A stretch of DNA of 61,672 nt, counting the filler, from Basidiobolus ranarum (lineage: Eukaryota): assembly GCA_040143965.1 (NCBI GenBank). It is 15 parts of 15 records of this genome, joined end to end, with 100 filler letters (N's around TTAATTAATTAA, not from the genome) between each part and the next. Parts side by side here need not be neighbours in the genome. Positions count along the whole stretch, not along the records: positions 32,989 to 37,006 come from JASJQH010009033.1; positions 37,107 to 41,121 come from JASJQH010009034.1; positions 41,222 to 45,234 come from JASJQH010009035.1; positions 45,335 to 49,344 come from JASJQH010009036.1; 11 more parts are not named here. One strand, given 5' to 3'. The notes below the pieces were generated by a model. The model did not search any database, was not told the DNA's origin, and saw only the letters and a list, made by a program, of their open reading frames with translations. This document shows, piece by piece, positions 36,754 to 49,444 of the stretch. Within the stretch, counting starts at the first letter, position 1. Every line of letters starts with the position of its first letter. The translations under genes and the position numbers were made by a program.

Positions 36754-37006
36754 TCATAATAGTGTCATGAATAAAACTTTCTCCTGGCTTGAAACCTGAT
36801 TTGCTTGTTTTGACTTCTCATTTTTGTTGTAATATCTTGATTTGCAATCTTTTAACTGGTGTCTGGGTTTGTTACAACCATAGTATAAACCTGGTTTCCT
36901 TCTTCTGTAACCTCTGTACTTGCCAAAGCTATGTTTTCCAGCTCCAAAAAGAGCCACTTCCTCAGATTCTTTCTCCAAATTCTTACTTCTGAGGTGTTGA
37001 TCAATT
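36754..37006 (-). mobile_element. Copia gag zinc-knuckle relic
   Basis: YYGCNKPRHQLKDC is a decayed CX2CX4HX4C knuckle in a CpG-free context. Confidence 0.6.
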
Positions 37007-37106
37007 NNNNNNNNNNNNNNNNNNNNNNNNNNNNNNNNNNNNNNNNNNNNTTAATTAATTAANNNNNNNNNNNNNNNNNNNNNNNNNNNNNNNNNNNNNN
37101 NNNNNN

Positions 37107-40100
37107 TAGAAGGTGTACTGATGTCTAGATATGCAGCACGAACGTCAGTTTCGATATGGTCCATAGACCAGCCATCATAAAGGACATGATGAATGGTCCA
37201 TATAAGATAGGTGGCTGACTCACGAACTTTCAAAAGTGTCAACCGAGTCTGAGGCTCGCTGATAGGTATTCCCTTGGCCCTATCCTGAGCCAGTATATGT
37301 GAAATATCACTATCTAGTGACGGAATTTGCTCAAGCTCACATAGATTCCATAGAATGCGTTTTTCACTAAGCACTACCTGAAGGCCACTCAAATGAGAAA
37401 AGTTGCTAGTCGAGAATAATACAGTTGTTCGAAGAATTGGATTTGCCCTTATCATCATTTCCCAGGCGGATTGAAGCCGATGAACATTAACACTAGGCTC
37501 AAATTTGAACACTCTCTGAGTTAGGTAACTTGCGTTGTCTTTCATGCTCACAGCCATTAGACCCTCTTGAAGAGGAGAGCAGGGATAGATATCATCTACA
37601 TCTGCTAGGTCAATGCCATTCTGTACTATGTCACAATCTAGCAGATGGTCAAGTTCTTCCTGTTCCAGGTTAAGTAAGGCGTATTTTTCTATAGACTTGG
37701 ATGCTTGGACATCAGATGTTGCTGATAAATCAAGTGAAGCAATCTCGGTAATGGTTGGATATGAATAGAGATCTTGTACAGTTAACTCGAATCCAGCTCT
37801 ACGGGCAACGCTTATTAGTTTTATGGCTAGGATAGAGTCACCTCCTAAAGCAAAGAACGAATCATTCACTCCTATCGAATTCACAGGCATATTAAGTATC
37901 TTTGACCATAGATTCACCCAATGCTTCTCTGTAGTTGTTCTAGCTTCAACATATCCATTGCCGACTGACTGATTCATCAATAGCAAATCAGCTTTGTCTA
38001 TGGTAGTATAGAAATCGGCTAAGAATTTACGATTTATCTTCTCACTGGTAGTTGTAGGCATTTTGTTAATGGGTACCCAAATGGTAGGCACCATATATGA
38101 AGGGAGTCGTTTCCTAAGTAGGTGTGCCACCTCAATGATATAAGAAGCTGCCGTGACGGATACCTCTCCTTCGAGTTTGCTTATGTCGTCGTTAATTTCC
38201 GTTAGATCTTTGAAAACAATAAAAGTAACAAGGGCCTGATGATTGATACTTTCATCGCTGACCAAGGGAAGTACACACGCACTTGCGACTTGGGGGTGAC
38301 CATGAATCGCGTTTTCTATTTCATCCAACTCTACTCGCAAGCCATGAATCTTGATCTGATTGTCTTTTCGGCCCATCAACTCTACTGATCCGTCTTCATT
38401 AAATCGAGCAAGATCACCTGTATTATACATTCGTTCCCCTTCCACAAAAGGACTGGCCACGAAGACTTTCTGCGTAAGATCTGGTCGGTTTAGATATCCC
38501 CTAGCAAGTTGTGGTCCTGAAATATACAGTTCACCAACTGCTCCTATAGGTACAAAATTCATACCAAGATCTAGTATATAGATCCTGTTATTGCCAATTG
38601 GCTTCCCTATATTGCCACAGGATGTTGTATTTTTTACTTCGGGGTTTATCAAAGTCAACACAGTGGTTTCTGTAGGGCCGTAACCATTACATATCTCCAC
38701 ATATGGATACCAAATGTTACGAGCAGTGGTAGTCAACATTTCACCTACATTCATCAGTCGCTTCACAGACGGCACCTTAGCTGGGTCAATGAGTGTTGCG
38801 ATAGTAGGTGTCAACAGAATTGATGTTACATTTAACATCCGGATGGACTCTTCCAAATCTGACAGTAAATATTCCTGGCGAGATATGGATATACAAGCAC
38901 CAATAGTGAGAGGATGAAGTAATTCAATCACCGAAATGTCAAAGGTATAATTGGTGAATTGCAAGACTGAATCATTGGTGGTGAGTTTCCATTCTTGATC
39001 AAGCGCTTGAATGAAGTTGGCAACAGCAGAGTGCTCCACCATCACTCCTTTAGGTGTACCAGTGGAGCCCGAAGTAAACATAACGTAGCAGAGATTAGAT
39101 CTTTCCAATTGGCTCTTATTTGGATTAGTAGCTGGATTTTGACGAATTCTCTCATCGTCAGTATCCAGTAGAATCAAGTTCACTTTCTCAAAGTTTTGTT
39201 TGTACTTGGCAAGTGTTATCACAACTTGAGTTTTTGTCTCATTGAGAATGAAGTTGTTACGTTCAATTGGATTATTGGGGTCAAGTGGAACATAAGCTCC
39301 GCCGGCTTTGAGCACTGCTAGGATAGCTACTATCATGAACACCGACTTATCCAGACAAAGTGGCACCATCGATTCTGGACGAACGCCCAGTTCGACCAAA
39401 TGATGCGCCAGTTGGTTGGCCCTTTGGTTGAGCTCCGTATAAGTGACATATTCGGAAGTTTCGAATTGTACTGCAATATTGTCAGGATGGATGAGTACAT
39501 TCTTTTCAAACATCGAGTGAATAGAGATAATTTCATTATCATTAAAACTTGTTCCACTCCAACTCTCTACTAATGCGGCTTCTTCAAATGTTATGATGTT
39601 AGATCCTTTCATCAAAGTATGGGGATCACTTAGAATTACTTCCATTGCCGCCGTAAAATGGCTGACGATCCAACACGCTTCGAACTCAGTCACTGCCTGT
39701 TTGTTGTATGTTAATGAAATCTGGTGATTCGATCCTTGACTGCTCAACTCCATCACTATGGGATAATTAGAGGGCATGGTTGCTGTTATCTCCTTCAGCC
39801 CAATTCCTGCGAGTCCTTGCATTTTACCTAACTGATCAAGATTCTGTATGACTATGAGAGAATCAAACAGAGAGTTTACACCTTCATCGCAGCAATGCTT
39901 GAGAATGTCCTGTAATCCGACGGTCTGATGCTGACTTTGCTCAATCTGAGTAGCCTGTATCAACTTCATTATACTTAAAAGAGATGAATCATCCAGCATA
40001 GAGATACGTATTGGCAGTGTATTGATACATGGGCCACATATATCTTGTATATCCTTGAGAGGAATATTCCTTCCCGAATTCACAGCACCAAACACAACGT

Positions 40101-41121
40101 CTGAATTTCCAGTGTGTACTTTTAGTACCATTGCCCAAGCTAGATAAGCGACTGTGGCCATTGTAATGGCATGAACATTGGTCAATGAATTAAAATCTGC
40201 ATGCAACTCCCTCGTAATCTGTGATGAACATTGAAGTTCTCCAGAGTCAGATGTTGATTTAGCCAAGTGTGTCATAGGTGTGTTACTAAGAGCTATTTTC
40301 CAATAATCTAGAGATCTGTGCTTATCCAACGACAATATGTACTCGATGTACGTATTGTACGAAGGCCTAGAAGGTGTACTGATGTCTAGATATGCTTCAC
40401 GGACATCATTTTCTATCTGACCCATCGACCAGCCATCATAAAGAGCATGATGAATTGTCCATATAAGATGGGTAGCTGAACCATTAACTCTCAAAAGTGT
40501 GAACCGAGTTTGAGGGTCGTTGGCCGGTATTCCCTTAGCCCTGTCTTGAGCCAGTATATGTGAAATGTCACTATCTAGTGAGGCAATTTGCTCAAGATCA
40601 CATACATTCCATAAAATGTGTTCTTCATTGAGAACAACCTGAAGACCACTTAAATGGAAAAAGTTGCTCGACGAGAATACTATCGTTGTTCGAAGAATCG
40701 GATTCGCCCTTATTACCACTTCCCAGGCAGATTGAAGCCGTTGCACATCGATATTAGGCTCAAACTTGTACACTCGCTGAGCAAGGTAGCTTGCGTTGTC
40801 TTTCCTGCTCAGTGCCATAAGACCCTCTTGAAGAGGGGAACAGGGATAGATATCATCTACATGTGCTAGATCAATGCCATTCTGTACTATATCACAATCT
40901 AGCAGATGGTCAAGTTCTTCCTGTTTCAGCTTAAGTAAGGAGTATCTTTCTATTGGAGTGGATATCTGGACATGAGACGTTTCTGGTAAACTAAATGAGG
41001 CAATCTCAGCAATGGTTGGATATGAATAGAGATCCTGTACGGTTAATTCAAATCCAGCTTTGTGAGCGACACCAACAAGTCTTATGGCTAGGATAGAGTC
41101 ACCTCCAATAGCAAAGAACGA
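37107..41121 (-). CDS. Non-ribosomal peptide synthetase, internal fragment (T-C-A-T-C partial)
   Basis: The frame is open across the whole contig. PCP FFAxGGDSI twice, C domains DIYPCSPLQEGL and HHALYDGWS/HHVLYDGWS, A domain YVMFTSGSTGTPKGV, NGYGPTE, TGDLAR and GRKDNQIK. Confidence 0.97.
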
Positions 41122-41260
41122 NNNNNNNNNNNNNNNNNNNNNNNNNNNNNNNNNNNNNNNNNNNNTTAATTAATTAANNNNNNNNNNNNNNNNNNNNNNN
41201 NNNNNNNNNNNNNNNNNNNNNTGGTATATATCTTGTTAGTTTGTGGGAATAAATCTTGTG

Positions 41261-44200
41261 ATGACCGCACACCACGAACCAAAATCTTTCTTAGATATCG
41301 AGGAGCCACATGAGCTCGCAGATAGTTTCCGATCTCGTCACGTTCACTTCAAGGGGTTATTTGCGAGTTTATCAAAAGATGCTACCGAAGTTAGAAGAAA
41401 TTCAGCAGAGAAAACTAAAGAAATTTCCGAGCGTGAAGGAAAAATCTTTAGTAGAGCTACAAAGTGTATCGAAAAATTTTGCTGGCCTCTTCCCTATCAT
41501 CCATATGTTAAAGATAATAATATGGACGCTGCTCAGTATTTTACTCAAATCCCCGTACCTCAAGGAAACGATTCTTACTCTGCAACTCCTAATCTTATGT
41601 CACCTCATCCAAGCCAAATAGTCTCAGTTAGTCAGACCAGGTATACTTCATTTGATATACCTCAGATCTTGTCACCTGTTAATAGAAAAATATGTACGAA
41701 GTCCAAATAGGGAGTCCCCTTCCCAATCTGTTAGAGCGAATCTCCGTGAAAAAGCATCACATGCAAGACCTTCAAGGTAAGTGTAGGAGCTAGGCTCTTG
41801 TATTCCGTAATAGTGACACACCTTGAGATATACTAATCACGCCACACAGCAGTAAACATCAGACCGATTCTAGAAAAAAATTAGATACTCAACGAACGAA
41901 GGAAGACTTCGACATTGTACGTTGTATTTATTTCATGAGTAATTATATACTTGTAAAATAATCTAATGACTATCAACTAGATTATCGCTGGCCTCTTGGA
42001 AACAATCGTCAAAATCAAGGTATATAGTTATATAGATCCCTGGCCAACTATGGTCTTGAGAGCTCACCAATTCCATTAATATACAGTCGGTGCCTAAATT
42101 CACCGAATTTAGTATTCCTACGGATAAGCCTAAGGCCAAGAAATCCAACCTTACATCTACCAAAACTCAAGAAAAGAAAACTATCACAAATAATGAGAAA
42201 GAGGAGGGAGAAGCAAGCGATGATGAAAGCTACGTCAAGCGGTACGTGAATCATGTTCAAACATATTGTATGGCTTATGCTAAATCTTAACTGAACAAAA
42301 GGAATAAGAAAGATGTAGAGAAGGTTACTATATCAAGGTATATTGTGAGAATACAATTTTTCAAGGTATGTTGTTATTAAAAAGAGGCATATATATATCT
42401 GTAGTAAGCAAAATGGACACACCGGCGATTTGAGAAAATCAGAAACTCCGATAGATTCACACGATATTAAAGTGGAGAGGTATTTGTGATTATTATGGAA
42501 ACAGTAACAACTCGAGGACTAATACTTTATCCTGTGCCATCTTCTGATGTGCGTATGTAGAGTAAAGCAAGCTAAGAGGCTTTCAGGTGAGGTTGATTCT
42601 GAATCTGATACAACGAACAAAAGACTCAAAACGACCGGGAAAAGGTACCCAATCCGAAGAATTGTTAGGCCTTTATAAATCTTATGTTTTCCACTATTAA
42701 CCTGGGGAAATTATTGCTAGGGAAATATCTACAAAACAATCCGAAGTTGATCCCAATACCGTATCTTCGTTTGATAAACCACGTCCCGTCAGTAAAAGGT
42801 ACTTGTTTTCTTGTTCATAACTGGGCTCGAAGCTGTAGTTCACTTCAACTCTCGCTAACTATCCTCATTATTTTTTAGTAAGCCAAGTCCTAAATTTTTA
42901 TCCAAAGATCAATCTAACTCCTCCAAATCACTAGTTGTTGAACTCAAGTATCCAGACAAAAGCAAGAGTAATAAGCGTGATCCCGTCAGACGCAAAAATC
43001 GTGGTAGCTATTCTAGTTCAGAGGAAAGCAATGGTGATTCCGATAATGATAATAGATCTCGCCGATTAAAGGATTCGAAGTATGAAGCGGAAGAGAAAAT
43101 ACCTATCAAGAAGGGAAACTCCAACCTCAACCGCACTCAATTAGATGAAAGTAATCGCCACGTCAACAACGAGACTAAGAGAACCAAACTACCTGTAAAA
43201 AGCAAACCCTCCTCCAGACAATCTCAACATACCGATTCTGATTCCGACGTGGATACACGTGTGAAAAAGAACCCCAAATCACGAAAGAGCATGGAACAAC
43301 ACCCTGACGATTCTGATATCAATACGAATTTGGATATGAAAATTAAGGCTGCTAAAGCCGCTCGACGTTCTCAAAATGAAGAATCGGATGCTGATGCTGA
43401 TATCGAACCCAAGTTAAAGAAGATAAAAGCCTCTAAGGTTACAAGCTCCAAGCCTAGCCGGCATAATGATTCTGATATCGAATCAGATATTGATTACAAG
43501 ATAAAGAAGATCAAAGCTAATCGCTTTGAGAAGAAGGTCGATGATACTGGTAATGAGCCCCAGTACAGAAAGCGATTATCTACTGACCCTGCTCCTGATA
43601 AAAAGGCGATGGGTGATTCTTCCTTGGATAATGAGCTTTTAACACCGACCAACAATGACAGTAAAGCAAGACGTATATCAAATCGCTCCCCTAAAGCAGC
43701 CAAGCCTCTCAAACGTTCAAGTTCCGTTGTTTCATATAGTGATGAGAGTGAGGCAGAGAAGACTAGGAGTTTCGCTATTCCCGAGGTAGAGCAAAGAAAC
43801 AACGCCACAAAAAAGAATGGCAGGTCCAAAGCGAAGGAGTCGACAGATTCCAGTCAAGACCCCAAGTCTAGGCGAAATAAAAACGTGGTCCTCACCGATG
43901 TAACATCGGATCCTATCAAAAATAGAGCCATCAAATCGACCAACACTAAAAGAAGCAAAGAAGTGGATACATCTGAGGTTTTCTCTGAACCTAGCAAGCT
44001 GAAATCTGCATCTTCTGTATCTCGCAAAAGCAGAGATTTAGACCTTGAGCAATCAATTGAATCCGTCAAGGTCAAAACATCGCGCCGTTTGAAGGAAACT
44101 GATATTGCCGAAGACAAAACACCACAGCCTTCTATTTCTCGTAAATCCAAAGAAGATATCACAAGTGAAGATGAAAAACTCTCTCAAAGAGCATCTATAC

Positions 44201-45234
44201 GTAAAGTGAAGAAGGATGTTTCCCCCACTCGAGAGAGACGCGTCGAAAGGAACGATGCTATCAAGTTAAAACAATCCAGTGAAGTATTGACCTCGCCTAG
44301 CCGAAGTAAGAATGACAAAAAAAGGATTAGATCAGATGATACACCATCTTCACGTGAACATTCCAGACCTTCTTCTAGTTTACAAAGCAAAAAAAGCGTC
44401 GAAGATGTGGATTCTATCTCCAGAGGTCGTAATTCTATTGTTTCTAAAGATAGGAGCAGGAGTCGATCAATGGAGCGTCGAGAAATAGATTTCCAAGAAA
44501 GAGAGCGAACGTCTTCAATTGATAAAAGATCGAATGTTGACAAACTGGACCGAAGCTCGTCCACTCTCTCCGAAAAATCTTCATCAAGAGATCGTCAAAG
44601 ATCCCGCGAATCCCGAATTCAACGTAGACCTAGTCCAAGTAGATCTCAGTCCCCAATACGTCGCAGCAGAGATGACTCACGGGATTCCCGGGTTTCTGAC
44701 CGACATGACAAAGCTTCTACTCTTGATAACTCTCATACTTCAACTAAGCCTATTGACGACAAATACAGTAGCTCCAAACATGCATCTGCTGATAGAAAAT
44801 CCACCACCGTCAAGAGTAAAAGTCGCGATAATATCGAGACTGATGATAGGAACCGAAGTCGATCAAAAGATGAAAGTCGCGACAATACAGATATTGAAGA
44901 TAGGAAACCTAACCGATCCAAGGAAGAAACAAGCGAGCTAAGGAAATCACGACCAAGCTCGACAAACACTCAAGCAGCAGAGAGCAAGCAAAGAGAATCC
45001 ATCGAAACTACCCAGAAGAAGACCTTGTCTCTGGCCGACTACCGTAAGCAGAAACCTGAGGTTAAAACAAGTCGATCGGCCAACTCTAGGGATGATAGCC
45101 CTAAAGAAACCAAGAAACCTAGTTCCGAGAATGGTTCTTCGAAAGACAAGACTGAAAAGCACCCAATCGCCAAGTCTACTGATTTATCTCCCGAGTCAAC
45201 TAAATCCTATGGGTCTGGTGTCCCGGCCGCCTCT
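41261..45234 (+). CDS. Multi-exon gene for a large low-complexity S/R/K/D-rich (probably nuclear) protein, 3' end missing
   Basis: Long exon 42879-45234 is open after GCTAAC...TTTTTAG. Several short GT-AG introns lie upstream, but their exon boundaries were not resolved. Confidence 0.75.
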
Positions 45235-45334
45235 NNNNNNNNNNNNNNNNNNNNNNNNNNNNNNNNNNNNNNNNNNNNTTAATTAATTAANNNNNNNNNN
45301 NNNNNNNNNNNNNNNNNNNNNNNNNNNNNNNNNN

Positions 45335-46341
45335 ATAGCCCCAACTCAAACGGTAAGATACTGAGCAGTTTTGTTACCATAGATAGAAGTAAATATGGAG
45401 GTGGAGTAGTACATAATACTGTTAATACCACAAGGTTACTGGATAATACATAGGAACATGTATAGGAAAGCGTGTTTGCGAGTTAACGGGTCTTGCATAA
45501 TGAGTCGGAAGCCATCCATCATTGAGGTTTGTTCACCTCTAGCTTTGGCCTGAGCACGGACATCTACCATAGTTTGAAGCTCATTTGTAATATCCATACC
45601 TTTATGGAGTTTGAGTAAGGATTTTTCCCCATCTTCAATACGATCCTTGTAAACATAATAGCGAGGAGTCTCAGTGACGAATGATAGAGTGACTAACTGA
45701 ATAATGGCAATAACACCAGTGATCGCCATACATATACGCCAGCCGACACGACTGGATAAACCGAGTCCACTGGCTGGAGTAACCAATTGTCCAATGACAC
45801 ATGTAAGTTGGGTCAGAGCACCATAGGCACTACGAACCTGGGTATTGGATATTTCACCGATATAAGTAGGGACAACAGTTCCAAAACCTGAGCCAATACC
45901 GGTGAATAGACGTCCAACGATCCACTTTCCCTTGCTCTTAGAGAGCCCAATAAGCAATGCGCCTATAATAAAGAAAACGTTGTTGATTAGCAGTGAGTTA
46001 CGACGGCCAAATCTGGCTTGGGCCCAGCCCGCAGAAAGACCTCCAATGGCTCCATCGATAGAGAAGCTACTCGCAGCAAAACCCCGCATCTAGTCACTTG
46101 TCGGGAAACAACTGGGGAATCCGTTTACTTTCTCATCGGGATTATCGCAACTGATAATAGATGACTGAATGATATTGGTATCCGAGGTATTCCAGCCATT
46201 ATTGAATGAGACCAGGCAAGTGATGGAAACACAAAATATCGAATGGATGGAGAACCCAGCTTGTGATGAGTCAGTTGACCCTTTTGCCTCTTTAGCAGAA
46301 CAGCTAAACATCTTTGATATAGTGTTACGTTCAGTAAACAC
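45335..46341 (-). pseudogene. MFS sugar-porter (GLUT-like) pseudogene
   Basis: SFNNGWNTS, RFGRRNSLL, VPTYIGEIS, ETPRY and Q*PCGINSIMYYSTSIF. In-frame stops at 46090-46092 (TAG where Trp is expected), 45436-45438 and about 45347. Confidence 0.88.
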
Positions 46342-47628
46342 TTAAGTTGAGTGTTTTGAATTTCCGAGATTATTGCAGAAATATTTAGGTTTATTTATAC
46401 CATAGTGATCAATCCTTTCTAGTATAATCCATCTTCGGTTACTTTCGGAATCAGCAGATTCGAGAAAATGTGGTAATTGCGAAGAATTACTGGGTTTATA
46501 TAGGCTTAAATAGGTAATTTATTTCCCCGGATTGCTCACTCTATTTTGGAAAAGATATCTGATTCATCATTTGTAAGTTGCTTTTGGGCCTAGAATTACA
46601 ACATAAAATATTCATCAAGTCAGGTGATGTAAATTCATTCAGCTGAAAGGTTAAGTGATTTCTACGGAGAATAAAGGAAAAACTTCTCCGTATAGACTTA
46701 ACTTGGCGGCAACTGCTTAGCACTTTTACTTTTGCTGTTGCTGTAGCATGTTCATAGAATGATAATGACTTAATAGGCGCTATCATGTGACCGAATTGAG
46801 TTGTGACTTCGGTCATGCCGATCAAATCATGTTCAAGCCATTCTAGGGTTAAGCGGGACTGAATCCTTTCCTAATTTGGAATCAACTTAATTAGGGTTCT
46901 ACACTAATATAGGAGGCAAGTGTGACGATCTTGCTGGTTGACCATTCCAACTACTTCTGAAACCCTGCCAGCTTGTACATTATTTTTGAGTGTATTTTTT
47001 GACATTCTAGTCAAGAGGGTATTTTTTGAATCGACCAAATTTATCATTTGAATCCGACTATGCCAATATGGATTGAAACTTTATTGACTACAAAAAAATT
47101 CCTCTTTTTGTACCCAGTTCTCTCATTAATCATATCAATTATTAACTACTCAATTGTTCAACTCTGTATCATCTCTGTGCTGCTGTTGTTATTAATATCG
47201 GTATACTTGCACGTTTACGTGGTTGATACTGTAAGAGAGTAGTCTATGGATGACGGGATTGGAAGAACAAATAAGCTCAGTGGTAGATGCGTCAGTCCTG
47301 AAACACTGAATATTATTCAGAGGTCACCGCAAGGAGGAATGATTTTCCCAAGTTTGCTGTTGTAAAACAACATAGAGAGAGAGAGAGAGAGTTGTCCAGG
47401 TATTCCTTAAAGTATTTGTGTTGCAATTTAGTGATCTTTGACCACCCATTATATAGCTGTTTTCTAATGAACTTTGTACGAAACAATTTCAACAAAGATA
47501 TATGAAGCAATTGAATTGAGTTTATTAAAAAACATTGCAAATTAACTGCGAATCCAAGTGATAATGCTGAATGGTTATGTTAAAGTGAAGTTCATTTACT
47601 ACCGCAGAAGTAAATATGTAAATGATGT

Positions 47629-48519
47629 TTAACGACGGGCAATGGTGGCAGTGATTAAACCAGATGGGTCACTGACAGGTTGGAAGATGTTCATATCCTT
47701 ACCTTCGTTAGGAAGGTTGAAAGGCTTGAGGTTGACACTGAAGTAATGCTTGTTGGGAAGAGCATAGCTGATTTCGCTAACATCCTTGTAGTCACCCAAG
47801 ACCTTCTCTCCCATACGGTACATGGTGGCTTGAACTGAGGCAGAGTCATCAGTGGCAAAGGTGCTTAAGGTGATTTCACGAGCACCAGTGGCAATTTCAT
47901 CGAAAGGAATCTCCTCAACCTTGGACTTTTCAAGGTTGTAGGTCCACTTGGCATCAACACTGGTGGAGAAGATACGGTCGGTGGCATCTTGAAGAGTGGT
48001 GTACTCACAACGATGGAAGTTGGTGAAGGATGAACCGGTGGTCTTCAACACAAGGAGATCCTTGAGGCGAGACTCAATGGTGACCTTTCCACTGCGAGAA
48101 ACGACTAACTCGGCGCGTCTGGTCTCCTCACCATCACGAAGGAAGGAGTGAGGGTGAAGTTGACCGTCAATGTTGACACGAGACCAACGGTGTTGGATGA
48201 TGTTGACATAAACATCATCGACATGGGAGTATCTGTTGATGAAGTGTTGACCGATCTCATAACCGAAACGCTCAATGGTTTGAACGTTGTTGGATTTCTT
48301 GGCAAGAACATAGATGGTGTTCTTGACGGTGTCGGTGGGGACAATGGAGCTGTTGTCAGCCTCAGTGTAAGAGGTCTCAAATTTGCCATCAAGAAGAACT
48401 TGGCAAGTAAGTTCAATAACATCGTGCCAGTTCTGGGTGTGACGAATGACCTTGGTGACGCGAACCTTGGTCTTGCCATAGGCTTGTTTCTTTAAGTAAG
48501 CACCAGCGTTAGAAGACAT
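47629..48519 (-). CDS. uox: Urate oxidase (uricase), 296 aa, intronless
   Basis: YGKTKVRV, DNSSIVPTDTVKNT, VLKTTGSSFTNF, DRIFSTSV, SASVQATMY and LPNKHYF; strong bias toward C/T-ending codons. Confidence 0.97.
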   Translation of the reverse strand: MSSNAGAYLKKQAYGKTKVRVTKVIRHTQNWHDVIELTCQVLLDGKFETSYTEADNSSIVPTDTVKNTIYVLAKKSNNVQTIERFGYEIGQHFINRYSHVDDVYVNIIQHRWSRVNIDGQLHPHSFLRDGEETRRAELVVSRSGKVTIESRLKDLLVLKTTGSSFTNFHRCEYTTLQDATDRIFSTSVDAKWTYNLEKSKVEEIPFDEIATGAREITLSTFATDDSASVQATMYRMGEKVLGDYKDVSEISYALPNKHYFSVNLKPFNLPNEGKDMNIFQPVSDPSGLITATIARR

Positions 48520-49192
48520 TATGTTGGATAAAAAGACTGACAAATTTGAACAATCAAAATCATTTGAGGAGAGGGTGGTTTTATATGATGATGGGGAGTA
48601 GAAAGCTCGGAAACCCAATTGATTCCAATAGATTATAATATTAAGTTACACATTTAGAAATACGGAGATTGTGTTTATTTAGATGGATAATCAATCTTGT
48701 CAATGCGAAAAATTCTCGACTAATTTAGATGTCCGTGACCAGATAATCAGTATAAACTATACTCGTGGTGAATCTCCCTTCTAGTTTGTCTTCCTTTTTG
48801 TTCTCAAGACGTATACTAATTTAGTACCAGTAATTATTCCCATGCCATCTGTGATCCGACGCTTAACCACAAGAACTTTCATCTTTATGTCTAGGTGTTG
48901 ACGGGTTTTAATTGTGCCCAGCAGATTAATTAGGATTAGAACATTTAAAACAGTTAAACTCATGTGTTAGTGAAACATGTATGTCATCGCTAGTTTCAAT
49001 TGATAGTAAGAATTCGGGTAGGGTTGTTGGTCTAGAACTTGGTCCATACATTACTACGATAACAGTTTCAATTAAATTTCATCTTAATACAGTGAATATT
49101 TTATATAGACAATAATTTATTTTATGCGATAAGATCACAGTGAATGATATGCTTAATGCTAATTAAGTGAGAAAACCATTACATTGGTTAAC

Positions 49193-49344
49193 TTAGAATT
49201 TGTTTCCACGACGACCGATGGTGGCAGTAATATAACCAGAGAAGTCAGTAATGGGTGAGAAAACGGTCATCTCTTGGCCAGCGTTAGGAAGGTTGAATGG
49301 TGCAAGGTTGGTGGTGAAGTGATGGCTGTTAGGAAGAGCATAGT
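49193..49344 (-). CDS. Second tandem uricase-like gene, 3' end only
   Basis: YALPNSHHFTTNLAPFNLPNAGQEMTVFSPITDFSGYITATIGRRGNKF* aligns with the C-terminus of the 47629-48519 uricase. Confidence 0.88.
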
Positions 49345-49444
49345 NNNNNNNNNNNNNNNNNNNNNNNNNNNNNNNNNNNNNNNNNNNNTTAATTAATTAA
49401 NNNNNNNNNNNNNNNNNNNNNNNNNNNNNNNNNNNNNNNNNNNN

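Noticed and set aside
43494-45162. Minus-strand ORFs opposite the S/R/K-rich gene, and similar shadow ORFs over the NRPS, uricase, UGT and tRNAs
   Set aside because: They are antisense or alternate-frame by-products of biased coding sequence with no independent motifs.
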